The notes under the pieces are model-generated. The model did not search any database. It was not told the origin of the DNA and saw only the letters and a list, made by a program, of their open reading frames with translations. Source: Camelus dromedarius (lineage: Eukaryota). Taken from it: a DNA stretch of 64,000 nt. Shown here one piece after another: positions 13,120 to 26,294 of this stretch. The position numbers and the translations under genes were made by a program. Within the stretch, counting starts at the first letter, position 1. Each line of letters starts with the position of its first letter. The stretch covers positions 69,504,001 to 69,568,000 of the forward strand of contig NC_087437.1 of assembly GCF_036321535.1 (NCBI RefSeq). Direction: 5' to 3'.

Positions 13120-13385
13120 TCTAGATAGAGCAGTGTATATAAACGAATACGAAAACAATAAAACAATCTCTAATGACACTTAGATTCCGGAAAAGGAGAC
13201 AGCCAACACAAGGAAGATGCACAGTATGTCTGATGGTGAGAGTCCTACAGAGAAAAAGGAGGAAAAGGAAGAAGGAGGGTTGACGGTGTGGGGGGCAGTG
13301 TTTGCAGTTTTTGGTATTGTGACCGAGAAGTCCTCCCAACTCAGGTGACATTTGAGCAAAGACCTGAAGCAGACAAGGGTCTACT
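13120..13385 (-). mobile_element. LINE-2 fragment
   Basis: gaagtcctcccaactcaggtgacatttgagcaaagacctgaag is a characteristic antisense L2 motif. Confidence 0.6.
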
Positions 13386-13604
13386 GATGTGCTCACTACC
13401 GCCACCTGACTCCGCCTCTCACCACACAGACCCGACGGTATCACGCAAGCACCACGTCCACACGTAGAAGAAGAGTAAGCCCTGACTATGCCAGGCTGCT
13501 CCCTCAAACTCCTGAGGAAAAAGTTTCTCATAGTTATTTACATAACTTTTATTTTAAATTACATTCCATTAAGTGAATTATGTACAGTTCTTTTTCCTTT
13601 GTGA

Positions 13605-13790
13605 TATGCTGGAAAGAAGTTGGGCTTTGGAGCCAAGGAACCTGGATTTATATCCTAACTGCTAATTACTATGTACTTAATATGGGAGAGTTTCTTTTTA
13701 CTCATCTGCAAAATAGAAATATTAATATTAAAAAGTTCTTGTGAGAAGATACTAAGCATTACTACTACAGTGAGTATATTAAGCATCTAG
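13605..13790 (+). mobile_element. MIR SINE
   Basis: gggctttggagccaaggaacctggatttatatcctaactgct...ctcatctgcaaaatagaaatattaata. Confidence 0.7.
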
Positions 13791-15531
13791 GCTCTCTCCT
13801 AGTCCAACTCTTCTCGATGGCTACATTTCCCTTACACTTTGGGACTGAGTAGTCTCAGGTCTCCTATATACCCCTGTCTACTAGAAAGTAAACTTCTAAA
13901 TGTTGTAAGTTTATAATTTCTTTATTTTTCATTGTAGAGTTTTATTTTTATTTGGGTATCTCTTATATCCTAGTGACTTAGATATTGAAAGCATTTAAAT
14001 TTAGTTAACTGAATGAATAAATTTTTAAAAAATATCCCTACATTTTAGAGATCCCATCTCTCAGATTGAAACTAGCTTTCATTAACGCTCAGGTTTCTTT
14101 AGCTATTATAGCTTCACTAAGTATTGCAGTGGCTCTTTTAAAGATTTGATGTATTTGTGCATTTTCCCAACTTTGTACTTTGATTTGAGAGGAAGGGAAA
14201 GAGAAAATTTTTTAGTAGTTTTTATTTTGCTACTTTCACAACACTACTAGTAAGAAGTGAATTGCTGGATTTAGACAAGAGAGAAAGGGAGAGGGGAAAG
14301 GAGGGTAGGTGATGAAAGCAGAGGGGAGAGAAGTGAGAAAAAAGAGAGGCAGAGAAAAATCCAAAGAAAGCCTTTGTATTTTCCCCATCCCCCATAGCAA
14401 GTAACAACTGGCAGCATCTTCTGCCGGGAGGCATTGCTAAGTAACATAAATCAAAGAATAGTTGTGCTCAGCCCGGAACTGGGAGCCAGAATCAGGACTC
14501 TGGAAGAACCTCAAGGGGTGTGGCAAGGCAGCTGTTGTTCCAGCAGGAGGCTGCAGGCTCAACTGGATCAGTGAGGGCTCTTTATTACCCTTCCTGGTGA
14601 TTCATATGAGCACCCACTGCCAGGGCAGGGGGTATTTCATCAGAGAGGGTTCAGGTGATTTTTCATCATCTGAAGTTGAGGTGCAGCCAAGTCAGTCAAT
14701 GGCTGTCCAGACACCTAATTAAAAGACCTTATTTACATCTGTTTGGTTACTTGAGTGTAGGAGAACTTCAGGTTATCACAGCTGAGATTTGAATGAAAAC
14801 TCTGATGTCAGAAAACACTAGCTCTTCCTGGTAAAGGCAAACCCCATTGACTCCTCTGCTCGGGCTGTGCTGTGCCTTTCCCCAGGTGAACTATGATGTT
14901 TGATGTAGGAAATGCTGGAGGAAGAGGGACGATAGCTCAGAAGAGTAGAACAAAGATGGTACTTATTTCATCTTCAGAATGCTCGGGAGCTAGATCCGTC
15001 TCCTGCAATTCTTCCACTTTGGTCACAAAATTCCAAGGCATATCCAAAGTAACAGAGTTGAAGGAACACATCTTTTCCTAACTGTATTTTTCTTGCTTTT
15101 AGTTCCTTCAAAAATATGAGGGGCTGGAGATAATTTGATAAGGCAAAAGGTGAGTTCTTCTCCTGATGCCTTATCTCTGCAGGATATTAAACATCCTCTA
15201 ATAAAACCTCTTTAGTCCACCAAAAAAGTAAAATAAAATTTTAGGGTGGAACCTAAAACATTTGAAACTTCAGCTAACCAGGTGCTAAATAAGTTATGCT
15301 CTTGTTTGGACATAGAAAATTTAATCTTTGGACACTCACCACTGCAGCTGTGTTTATGTTTAAACTCATGTCTGTTCTTAATTAGTGGGGAACATATCAT
15401 AGCCTTTTGTATATTACTGTCATGTTTATCTGCCATGGTGTCCAGGATAGAGCAGACATGGAGCCAGTATTCAGTGGTATTGCTAGAAATACAACAAACA
15501 AATAAATAAAATCTTTTTACTAATTTATGAA

Positions 15532-15575
15532 CACTGTTCATCTGTGTTTAGTCCACTATTCATCTGTGTTTAGTC
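15532..15575. repeat. 22-bp tandem duplication (1 mismatch)
   Basis: cactgttcatctgtgtttagtc / cactattcatctgtgtttagtc. Confidence 0.9.
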
Positions 15576-15981
15576 TACTTCTTAGTGGCTAAGACTCTGA
15601 AGACTTGTATGTGTCTTAGAAACACATAAGTCATTGATCTTTAGTTATCTTTATCAAGCTTATTTATCTTTTATGTCACAGTGATATAAATTGGATTCAT
15701 GCTTTCTCTGTTCCTTAACTGCTCAGAATCTGAATAGAGATCTAAAAAACTAATTTTAACTCTCATATTAAGTTTTCTTTTTTGACTCCTATATACCATA
15801 CTCTACACAGGTAAAGATTCTGATGATCCTAATTTGACCAATAGGCTTGGATTAAGTAAAAGCAATTACAGAAAATGGGTATTTTCTGTGAGTAAGTTAC
15901 TACATTTTTGGTAGAAAATTTAATTTGGAAATTAACTTCAGTGAGTGTTAAAAGCAAAAGGGACTTAGGGACCATTAAGCC

Positions 15982-16200
15982 CAGTAGTTTTTAACTCTTC
16001 CTCTGCAAATTTTAAATCACAGAAACTCTTCAGTTCAAGCTGATGTTCAAGCTTAGTAGATAAGAGATATGTTTAGAACTCTTATAGAAAGCAAGTGGAA
16101 GGGTATGGGAGCCCTACTTTGTTGCCCCATCTCACATTCCACTCCTCAAGTTGCTCCATAAAATGCCTAGGGATCACCAACTCTAGTGTGAAAACCACTG
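15982..16200. mobile_element. hAT-Charlie-like MITE nested inside a MIR (MIR ~15945-16290, - strand)
   Basis: Imperfect terminal inverted repeats cagtagtttt / aaaaccactg; flanks join into MIR text gggacttagggaccatt|ccagcccacccttcattttagaaaggaggaaactg. Confidence 0.55.
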
Positions 16201-16578
16201 CTCCAGCCCACCCTTCATTTTAGAAAGGAGGAAACTGTAATCAAAGAGCCAGCTTGTGGCAGAATTGAATCTAGCACCCAGACCTTCTTGATTCACTTCC
16301 AAAATAGATCTGCCTTCATTCTTTTTCTGATTTTAAAAGTAAAACATATTGACTGTAGATGGTTCAGCTGACTTTGTCCCTTCTAACTCCCAGCAGAATT
16401 CTGTTCCCACTGTACCATGCTACCCCATTACAGTTTCAGTGGTATAAAGGTCATTTATTCTCAAATAAATGTGTTAACACAGGACATGGAAGATGTAAGT
16501 ACAAACAATATGCCCTTTACCTCAAAACAGATTCATTTTGTCAAATCAATTCTATTTTATTTAAATCAGCTCATCAGT

Positions 16579-16615
16579 GTATATGCATATGTATATGTGT
16601 ATGTGTATGTGTGTG
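16579..16615. repeat. Imperfect (TA/TG)n microsatellite
   Basis: gtatatgcatatgtatatgtgtatgtgtatgtgtgtg. Confidence 0.8.
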
Positions 16616-16659
16616 TTCATGTTCAGACCATAGCCATAGTCCTTTATTTTTTATAATGA

Positions 16660-17160
16660 ATAAATCAGTGGTAAAAACTCATATCAAAATAAGTTAAGTA
16701 GAAAGGAGAAGGTATGACTCATGTAACTGGAAAACACAAGGGTGGTTTAACTTCAGGCATGGTTGGATCCAGAAGTTCAAATGATGTCATAAGTATTCCA
16801 TTTGTTTCTGTACCTCTTGGCTATGACTTCTTCAGTGCTGACCTTATTTTTAGTCGGGGTTTTTACATACAATGGAAAAGTGACCCTACAAGCACGCTCT
16901 CTCTCTCTCTCACCTCTTCCCTCCTTCTCTTTCTTCCTCTCCAGCCATTTCAGCCATGAAAAGAAAGACTCTGATTCGTCCTGTTACAGTCACATGCCCA
17001 CTCGTTAACCAAGCACTCTCTCTAAGGGAAACAGTGTTCTGACTGGCAAGCTTGAGCCAGATGACGAACACTGTATCAGTTGTACAGTAGCCCCAGCAGG
17101 TAGGTACAGTTATGTAAAGAAAAGAGTATAGGCAAATAAAAAGTAAAAGCTAACTCTATG
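16660..17160 (-). mobile_element. MLT1 (MLT1J/K-like) MaLR LTR
   Basis: gactcatgtaactggaaaa...ttcaggcatggttggatccagaagttcaaatgatgtcat...gactctgatt...gtcacatgcccact...ctgactggcaagcttgag. Confidence 0.65.
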
Positions 17161-19224
17161 TGAAGATAAATCACATATGTCTGTATAACTAAAAATACCA
17201 AAATAGACTTTTACGTACTGAAGTCCTCTTGCCTATGATCTAGTACCTGGTTGACTTATTGGAGTTTCTCGCCTGTTTCATCTTTGCTTTATTGATAAAA
17301 GTGCCAGTAAGCAAAACAGTGTCCAAAGTGCTAGGATCCAGAGGGTTTGCAGCATCACAAATAAAATACTATCAATGGATCTGACCTTTAGTGGGAAATG
17401 TGTTCAGAAGAGGTCTCAGCAGGTGTTGCGGCCAAGCTCAGGGTTTGGTATGAATAATGTGTACTAACTTTATAGAGGCTACACCCAGAAGTCTTCATAG
17501 CTCAGTTTTACTATACATCCCTTTATATTGCACATCAGGCTATTTCTCTATTGTTCACTTTATAAATGTCCTATTTGGCTACTGCTCAGAATGTAGTAGA
17601 TACTCACTGAAGATTCATTTAGTGAATCTGCAAATCAATGAATAAGAATTATCCATGGGTTGGTGTATCTAGATCCCTAATGCCTTGGTGAGGATTTGTT
17701 TCTTGGTTACGTTTCCTCCAATAACAGGAAAAAAAAGCGATGTTGTAAGCACTTGGGAACTCTGGCAGATGAAGGAGACGTTGACAGAGCATAGAAAATA
17801 TGGCAAGTGGAGGCGAGGAATGCAGAAATCATATTTTATAGAGTTGCCTTTCTAAACCTGAAGATAACTTTTTTTAAAAAAATAACTTTTAGATTCAGAG
17901 AGTTCATTAGAACTAGTCTTTTTTTGAAGAATGTTTGCTTCTGATTTATATCATTATACAGTATATTGTGCTCTCTGCTTTCTATTAATAATAAGTACAA
18001 TTATGATACATCTGGGCTAGTTAGGTCATTTTATCTGTTGGAATCACATTTTCAGTTGTGGTTTATATTCCTCCCCGAATTGGTTAGTTCTGTACCAGAT
18101 TTCACTTTATCCAGACTAGTTCAACATGTTTATTTGGTCATGGAAGAGAAGGGATAGGAATGTGGATGATCCAGTTTTATTCATTCCCAATATAAGAAAG
18201 ACGCAGCCTGGTGACGCATTCAATCAAGTAGACTGTCTCTGTGTTAATATGCAAAACATGATATTGTTATTATATGACAATTCTGTCCTCTAATTTATAC
18301 TCCCTCTTGAGGCAGGTATACATCCCAGAGATGAAAATAAAAAAGAAAATCCATATCAGAGTGAGGATGGAGAGCTAACATCCTCCTTTGTAATCATGGA
18401 ATAAGAAATATTGTTTTATAAAAGGCAAGCCCCAGGCTTCATGTGGTTGCTTCTTCAGTAGTCCTATCAAATCAAGAAAGCTATGGGGAAAAAAAACATA
18501 AAACAGGATTCTTTTTCCATCTTTTGCTTAGTTATAATGTTAGATGTACTCCTACTGCAAACCCTTTGAAAATAATGATGAAGTAAGAACAGGCAGAATT
18601 TCAGAACCTACATGGAATTTGCAACCTTAGCTCGAGAAATCTTCTCCTGACTTGTAGACTAAGCAGATTTGCTATATAAGTGATTTTAAAAGGAAGCATA
18701 TGGAATTTACTGTCACTTTTCTCCAACCACATTTTACTCCTTCCACACGCGTTTGAAGAATGACAAATATGACTGAGCCTGAAATAGGTCCAAGGGTGAG
18801 TCAGGACTGAGAAATGTGGTCAGCAGTTAGTTCCAAAGAGCCCTGTTCCTCTCCATTAGGTTACTGTGAGCTGAAGACACTGCCAAATGCAGTCATTTAC
18901 ACTGTTTTGTATGTGAAGTATACCGATATCTTCCCAAGGCTGGAACCCCTTTGATTTCTAGAGGACACTTGCCCACATCATTCTAAATAGATGCCTCACA
19001 TTATCATGTTCCTCTCTAACCGTTCAGCTACCAAATAAAGTAAGTGGACACACAATTTCTATATGTCTCTTATGGCAATGATCACAATTTACTATACTTG
19101 TTTCCAAGTCACGCTCGTCTACTCTTGGCTTTGGCCACGTTACTCTCTCTGTATCCCCAGTATGGGACGGTGCATGACAATTGCATGTGGTCAATGAATG
19201 GATAGTAACTGCCATTAGCTTTGA

Positions 19225-19435
19225 AGCTTACTCAAAGGGTTTTCACAAACAGTATCTCTTTTCATCCCACAACATCTCCGTACCATACCTAGAACCAGTA
19301 TTTTTTAATACCTGAGTAACACTCAGGAAAATTGAGGCACAGTAATGTTTATTAGGCTGGTCCTATTTATACAGCAAATCAGGGATAATTACAGTGTTTC
19401 CCTGTTTCCCAGACCGCGAATCTTTGTACTACATT
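19225..19435 (-). mobile_element. MIR SINE (decayed)
   Basis: ttttcacaaacagtatctcttttcatcccacaac...aggaaaattgaggcacag. Confidence 0.55.
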
Positions 19436-20016
19436 CTTATATTGTCTATACTCATATTTTAGAATATATTTTCATGTTCCTGGAACATGGAAAATATAAT
19501 AGAGAATAAGAAGAAAATAACTAAACTTTTTGGAGCTCCAAATCTTAGAAAGGAGTAGCCCAAAGAAACAGCACTATTTTTCTATGATCTTGGAACAGGA
19601 CATCACCACATGGTCATAATATAACTATAAATGTCAGATTCTTTGTTGCTAATTTCTCAGGCAAAAGCAGGGGAATGATCTTGGTTTTCCAAACATGTAA
19701 TCTATTTTTCTGCAAAAATTATTTTTCTACTTTTTCCATGACATTATGTGAATGTCATTTTTTATATTCTTGTTAAATCTTTATTCAGTGTTGATCAGAA
19801 ATGTTAACGCAAAATGACTTGAGTATATAGGTGGGACAACAGAGTTTTTTTTAATTGAAGCCCTTTCCTCCCAGACTATTTTGATCCACCAATGAGAAAT
19901 TATGGTTAGGGCCAGTTTCACTGGCTGCAATCCAGGGCAGGTCTTTAGGAGTTCATGCTGGGAGCATCACACCCCATCCTCTCCTTTTATACTTTATGCT
20001 CTGAGCTAAGTATGTC

Positions 20017-20500
20017 TGTGGTAGGCCAATAATGCCTCTACTCTAAAATGTTCACATCCTAATCCTGGGAGCCTGTGATATGTTCTCTCACAGGCCAAAA
20101 GGACTTTTCAGAAGTGATTAAATTTGAGGCTTTGGGATGAGATTATCTTGGATTATCCAAGTTGGCCCAGTGTACTCACAAGGGTTTGTAAATGAGTCAG
20201 AGGAGATGTGATGATGAAAGCAGACAATCGGAGAAGAGAGAGATTTGACGATGCTGCGCTGCTGATACTGAAACTGAAGCGGGGCCAGGATCGCAGGAAC
20301 GTGGACAGCCTCTAGAAGCTGGAAAAGGCCAGGAGTGGATTCTTCCCTAGAGCCTCCAGAAGGACCACAACCTTGATTTTAGACCAGTGAGACCCATTTT
20401 GGACTTCTGACCTCTAAAACTGTAAAAAAGATGGATTTGTGCTGCTTTAAGCCACCAAGTCTATAATAATTTGTTATAGCAGCAATAGGAAATGAACACA
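20017..20500 (+). mobile_element. MLT1D MaLR solo LTR (complete, TG...CA)
   Basis: tgtggtaggccaataatg...cacatcctaatccctgg...gattatcttggattatcc...cagcctctagaagctggaaaaggcc...ttgttatagcagcaataggaaatgaacaca; degenerate 5-bp TSD atgtc/gtgtt. Confidence 0.85.
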
Positions 20501-20569
20501 GTGTTCAAAAATGAAACATTAAGTGCATTGGATTGAAAGAAAAGCAGATTCAGCAATGGTCTCTAATCT

Positions 20570-21175
20570 AAACCCTCCAATCCATCTCGCTATTCAAGCT
20601 GCCTTTAAAAGCACACTACTGTCTGTTACTCTTCTATGCAGAAACACTTGAATGACTCCATATTAGTGACTAATACCTGTTAATAAAGTACCACATTTTA
20701 GCCTGACATTCATCTTTCCCATGAATTTCCTATAACCTGACATTCCAATCATGTCTCTTACTACATTTACTTAGAATCTCCATATGTCAGTCTTATCAAA
20801 CTACTTGTCTGGAAAACTGTCTCTGGACAACTCTTGGACTTCGCTGCCCTGGAACCTTTACACAAAGTGTTCCTCAACCTAGAATTTCCTCTTCTCCCCT
20901 TTGATGTTCTTCAATGTTGCTGTTCGTCTTAAATGCTATCTCCTCAAAGAGACTTTTCCAGCAACCATAAATGATCTCTCCTTCCTCAAAACTCTTTTAT
21001 TTTGTTGTTTTTATTCCATAGCATCACCGATTTTATTGGTATATCACTGTCTATATGCCTGTTTCTGTCTCTGGATTGTAAGAACACTGAGTGTAGGAAA
21101 AAATCATGAGTAAATTGCCTATTTCTCTCCAAAGTGCCTTGAGCTAGAAACTCAATAAACATGATCTAATTGAAT
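20570..21175 (+). mobile_element. LINE-2 3' portion
   Basis: gttcctcaacctagaatttcctctt...ctggattgtaagaacactgagtgtagg...actcaataaacatgatctaattgaatg (L2 3' end). Confidence 0.65.
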
Positions 21176-22054
21176 GGAACACTTGACCTTTGTAGTCAGG
21201 GCTGCAGATCTGGGACTGGAATATATCGTTCTCAAATGTAATATGAAGATCAATACTTGGAGTTGTAAATTAAGAATTTTTACTTTTGGTGACAAGGAGC
21301 AACAGATGCTGGACAGTGCCACAGGGCTTCAGAGTGACTGTCCTCCTTTCCTCTCCACTAAGTCAGAGCCAAGATGACTTATAAATAGAGATACTTTACC
21401 CTGATCTCATTTCCAGTCTTTTCACTCTGCATTCTACTCTGCTTCCTTTAATGAAACCGAGTTTTGCTTCAGAACTGGATGATTCCCTCCACCAGGTTAG
21501 AGAGGCCAAAGAGCATGTACAATCAAATCCCATCCAGCTAAGCAATGAGATGTGAAATAGGTCTGGGAGCACATGAGCATCTGGCACAACATCATACTGA
21601 CTTGTTTGCTACTGGAGTGTACGAGTGTGAACCCTCTCTGAAAACAATGTCCTGGGTAATAGAGCCCAAATGCCTGGGAACTAGTAGCAAGCAAGTGAAT
21701 AATTTCTTCTTAAGGGGCGTTTCAACACTAGAACTCTTGCAGAATGTCTTGTCTTGTTGCCTCAGCCTCCTTTAACATTGAACTTCTTGGCCTCATTGGC
21801 ATAGTGTCCACCTACCAGAGACTTAGAGGCATATAAAGCCATTCAGTTTTTTGTACAAGTCTTGGGAGGAAGACTTTATAATAAATTTGTACAGAGACTG
21901 TAAATTCTATATGAACAATTCCTTAATTTAAAATAAGTACTTATTTGTAAAAGCTACAACTCAAGATGTTTGATAGAATAAGAGGGAAATAAAACAAAAG
22001 CCACATGCCATGTTTCTTCTATTTTCCTCTAAGTTTTTAATTATGATGTATGTT

Positions 22055-22237
22055 CTGTCTTTCCCTTTCCTCTTCCTCCTCCCATCTCTCTCACCATCTC
22101 TGTCTCTATCTCTGTCCCACCTCTTTCTGTCTCTATCTCCATCTCCATCTGTCTCTGTCTCTCTTTCTCTCCTCTTCCTCCTCTTTGTCTTCTCCTTCTT
22201 TCATTATCCTTCTTCTTCTTCTTCTCCTTTCTCTTCA
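22055..22237. repeat. CT-rich low-complexity (polypyrimidine/polypurine) tract
   Basis: Mix of (TC)n, (TCC)n, (TTC)n and TCTCTG units. Confidence 0.9.
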
Positions 22238-23949
22238 TTGCCAGCTCTGTGCACAGAGGCTTTTGTCCACAATCATAAATTATCAGTCAGGGCATCCTTG
22301 TGAAGCATCCACTATTGACCATCTACCCACCATCCTGAAGTACTTGGATCACTGACCAGCCTGGAGTGGCAACTCCTCAGCTCATGGCTTCTCTCCCTTC
22401 CACCCCTTTTTCTTCTTTTAAATCCCACCTTCCTCTGTTTTCTTTACCTTAGTTCACATCTCAGCACTTCCCCTTGTTTTCCTATGCTTTGCCCAACGTT
22501 AAAGAACAAATGGGTGCGAGCAGTTCTCTAGCAGCTGGTGGCAGGATGGCAGCTGTCCCACTTGTATCCCCCTAGGGAACAATTTTACTTCATCAGGCGA
22601 GGAAAATGGAATCATTCCCTTCCCCAGCCTCCAGCGCCATTTCAGCGATCAGCACCTACCAGTGCCTCTCAACTGGCAGCCCGGACATGAACAGGGTCTT
22701 CGTCAAGTTCTGCACGGCACCCAAAGAAGTGACCTGCCTGTGGCTCTGCTGGCAGCCAGAGCTGGCCAGGAAGTCATTGTTCACAGCTCTCTGCAAAGAA
22801 GAGGCTGGATTCTTTGCTGAAGGCCAGTGGAAAAGAAGGCTGGGGCAGTGGCTTTGGGGAAAGTATGTCTTTTGAATTTCCATTTCCTCCTCAAGTAAAG
22901 ACTATTGGAGCTGGAAGGTGATCATCATAAAAAAGAAAAGGATTTTCAAGCAAAATTCTGTCATTTGGAGGGGAGAATGCTGCTGCCTTTCCCAGCAAGT
23001 TCTGCATTTTCAAAGGGAGATTTGTGCTGCAAGAAGCAGCTTTTGGAAGTCATCTCAGGAGAAGATTCTCTTTTTTTGCCTCACTAATCAGCCCTTTTGT
23101 GCTGTCTGGGTCCAGTGACAAGTCACATGGAACCTGCAGGAAAGCTATTTTAAACCCCCATTTTTCGTGCCAAATGTATAGGAGGCTAAAACCTGACAAG
23201 GGAGGTCACTGTCATTCACCTTGCTGCTCCTGGGCTGGCCTTGATGATTCACAGCTCCGAGCTGTGCCAGGTGCTGAAGCTCTTTATTTTATTTTATTTT
23301 TCCCAGTTGCATATCCCATACCCTGGGAAGGGAAAATGAGGCTCCCAAATATGTTCCTTACTGCTACCCCACCAGGTCTCTGCTGGAGGCAGTCGTAGAA
23401 GATTTCCTTTTGTCACCATTTCAAGGACTTGTGTACTTTTTAAAATTATTTAACACCTTCCTGGAATTTCTGGAATTGTTCCAGGGCATCCTGTGAGAAT
23501 CCTGCACTCCAGTGTGCCCTGCACTGTGGCCTTCCAAGGCATAGTGTATCTTTCCCAAGATGCCATTGATCACACTGCTGATATGAATAAATTTTATGGC
23601 TGTTGGAAAAAAGACAGCATTTCACAGCAACTCATATTTTGGATCTTTTAAAAAAGAAGTCATTTAGAATTAACTGGGAAATATGCCCGTGGCCTGAGGA
23701 GAGCAGAGCCGACTCCAGACCTTTTATTTTGCTATTAAAACCTTGGCTGAGAAGCATGCTTTAGTAGGTGACTGTGAGCCACATTATAATGGCGAGTATC
23801 TGGCATGGGAAATTCGTCTGGTTTCCTGGTGCTTTTCTAGGCTGAACTGCCCATTTTCAACCCTGTGACTTAGTGGATACATTTTTTTTTTTCTAATTTC
23901 CCCAAGGACCATTCTCAGGTTTCAGATTAAAGGTAAATCTGAGTTATAG

Positions 23950-24455
23950 AGCTTTATCAGTTAGGGTCCCTGTAGGAAACAGATGGCACACTCCAATTGG
24001 ATAATTCCAAAGGAGTTTAATAGAGAATTTTTTTTAATATTTGGGCAAAAGGCAGGGGTAAGGAAATCACAGGGATAATGCAATGCCCTAGGGCTAGTAA
24101 CTTCAGGAAACTGTTATCACCAGGAGGTCTGACAAAGGTAATGGGGAAGGAGCAGTTAACAGAGGCCAGAAAAAGAGAGATCTGTGTGCTGGAAGCCTCT
24201 GACAGGAGCTGGGACTGTGGTAGGATACTGCAGCCAGCAGATGGAGACACGGGTGCAGGAACCAGGGCAATAAATGCCTAGACGGAGGTCTCCTCCGTCT
24301 TTCAAATCTCTCAGCCATGTTCCTCACCGGCCAATACCAACTGGAAGCCAGAAGCAAGGATGCCACTGACATAATTCATATGGTCAGCTTTCCAGGGCAC
24401 AGAGCACAGGGAATCTAGGTTGGGAGGGAGTGTACAAATGGAAGCTATTCAGTGC
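23950..24455. mobile_element. Ancient LTR-like element, family uncertain
   Basis: tcagttagggtccctgtaggaaacagatggcacactc...ggagtttaatagag...ccaactggaagccagaagcaagg...ggtcagctttccagggcacagagca resembles old mammalian LTRs. Confidence 0.5.
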
Positions 24456-25587
24456 AAAGAATAATCCCTGACCTGCACCGGGCGTTTTATCTTTTGTTTA
24501 AAGAGACAGACTCTCTGTTAAGTAGGATAAATAAGCAGGACCTTTGACTTTTCCTCAAATAAAAAACATATATAGTAGCTAAGTCTACCTTGCTGTCTGC
24601 TTTGGTTCAAAAACTGATGTTGGTTAAAATATACATGCCATAGAAATAGAAAGTGAAAACACTGGTATTTTAATCTAATTTCTGAAGGCTGATCATTGAT
24701 ATTAAAAATGCATTTTTATGCATCCAGAATTATCCTTCTTCAGAAAAAAAAAAAAGAATGGTTAATTGAGCCAAGAAAATAGAAGTTGGGAAATAGATGA
24801 GGCAGCTAGAGGCGCCTCATATCCCATCAACAAAAGGAAAAATAATCATCACAGCTTTGTGAGTAGTCAGCGAAGATGCTTACAGAAGTAAGCACCCTAT
24901 TGCAACCTCTTTTACTTTACAGTCTCAGAACATAAGACAGACTTTAAAAGGCAGACACCTTTTTGTTGGGAGAGGGTGGAGGAGAGAGGTAGCAGATGCC
25001 ATCAATGTCTTACTACAAATTACTGGGATGTTTCAAATACTTTCTTTCCTGACTAATGGTCACTGGGAAGAATGGAACACTTATGAATGTAGAGAAGATG
25101 AACTGTCCGCTCCCAGGTTTTGCTACAGGCTGGCCCTGAATCAAGCTTTACTGTCCATAAATTCTACTAACAGCCACTTACATAGCCAAAAACTGCTCCC
25201 AAATTACTAACACTGATGCCTTCTGATTCTATCTGGCAGAGAGCAGAGATAGCAAAGCCTGGTCAATCCCATTAAAGCTAGGACAGATGGACACCCCTGG
25301 CTTCAAGCTCCAGCAGGGCACTGCAGTCCTCTATAACGCACACACTGAATTTACCGTCTCTCAATCATCATCTGAGAGTGAACCAAGAGGAGGCTCTGTG
25401 CTCAACTGAACTTGAGCTCCCACAAGATTTACAGCAGAGAATTTCAACTCATCCATTTCTGCGCTGCCTTTCACTTTTTCTATTCCAGTAGTGTCTCAGC
25501 CTTCTTTATCTTTAATTCCTGTGTCCTCTCTGTGTCACACTTTATTTTACCTCATATTATAATGCAGAAAATAAATAGGAAGTTATT

Positions 25588-25785
25588 ACATAGTGAAAAG
25601 AGTCATGGCTTTGAAACCATGTTTGATTTAGGTACTGTATCTTTAGATCTGGGACTTGGATGAATTTTATCATTTCATTAAACCTCAATTTCTAACCTTT
25701 TAAATGGGGATGATAATACCTTATCTAAAACAACGTGAAAGGACTGGACATAGTGCCTGATATATAATAAGTGCTAAGTAACCAC
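25588..25785 (+). mobile_element. MIR SINE
   Basis: catagtgaaaagagtcatggctttgaaacc...cctcaatttct...taaatggggatgataatacc...catagtgcctgatatataataagtgct. Confidence 0.7.
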
Positions 25786-26294
25786 TTCAGTTTGGTTCTC
25801 CCCTGTCCCATCCTTAAGGTAGTGTGGAAGCAAAACCAACTTACAGAAAAGAGTATTGTGACATTTATATTTGTTTGATCTAGTCACCATGTAAGTAATG
25901 TAACTCTGTATATTTTATATTTCTTCTGGAGGGCAGTCCATAGCTAAGTCACACTATTCAGAGATATGCTTCTGCAGGTACTTTGTGCATTATCTCTTGT
26001 CACCCCACTTTATTTCATCATTTTTCAGGGTCTCAGATACCATAATTTAGTCCTCAGAACTGCACTGCACAAAATACTCCTCCCTTGTTAGACTGGTGAC
26101 TGGGTGATTCTTTCTTTGCCATCTTATGTAAAGAGTGCTCATACGTAACAAAGTTCTTCATATTGGATACATTGGTCAACTCTGCCAAGTAAAAGATGCC
26201 CGGTCATTCTGAAGTACTGTCACTGATACTCTTCTCCAGCGATGAACCACTCCACTAACTGCTACCAAAACAGTATATTCAGTGGCAAAGTTTA

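Noticed and set aside
22010..22355. Ser/Leu-rich and Arg/Glu-rich ORFs
   Set aside because: Translation artefacts of the CT-rich low-complexity tract.
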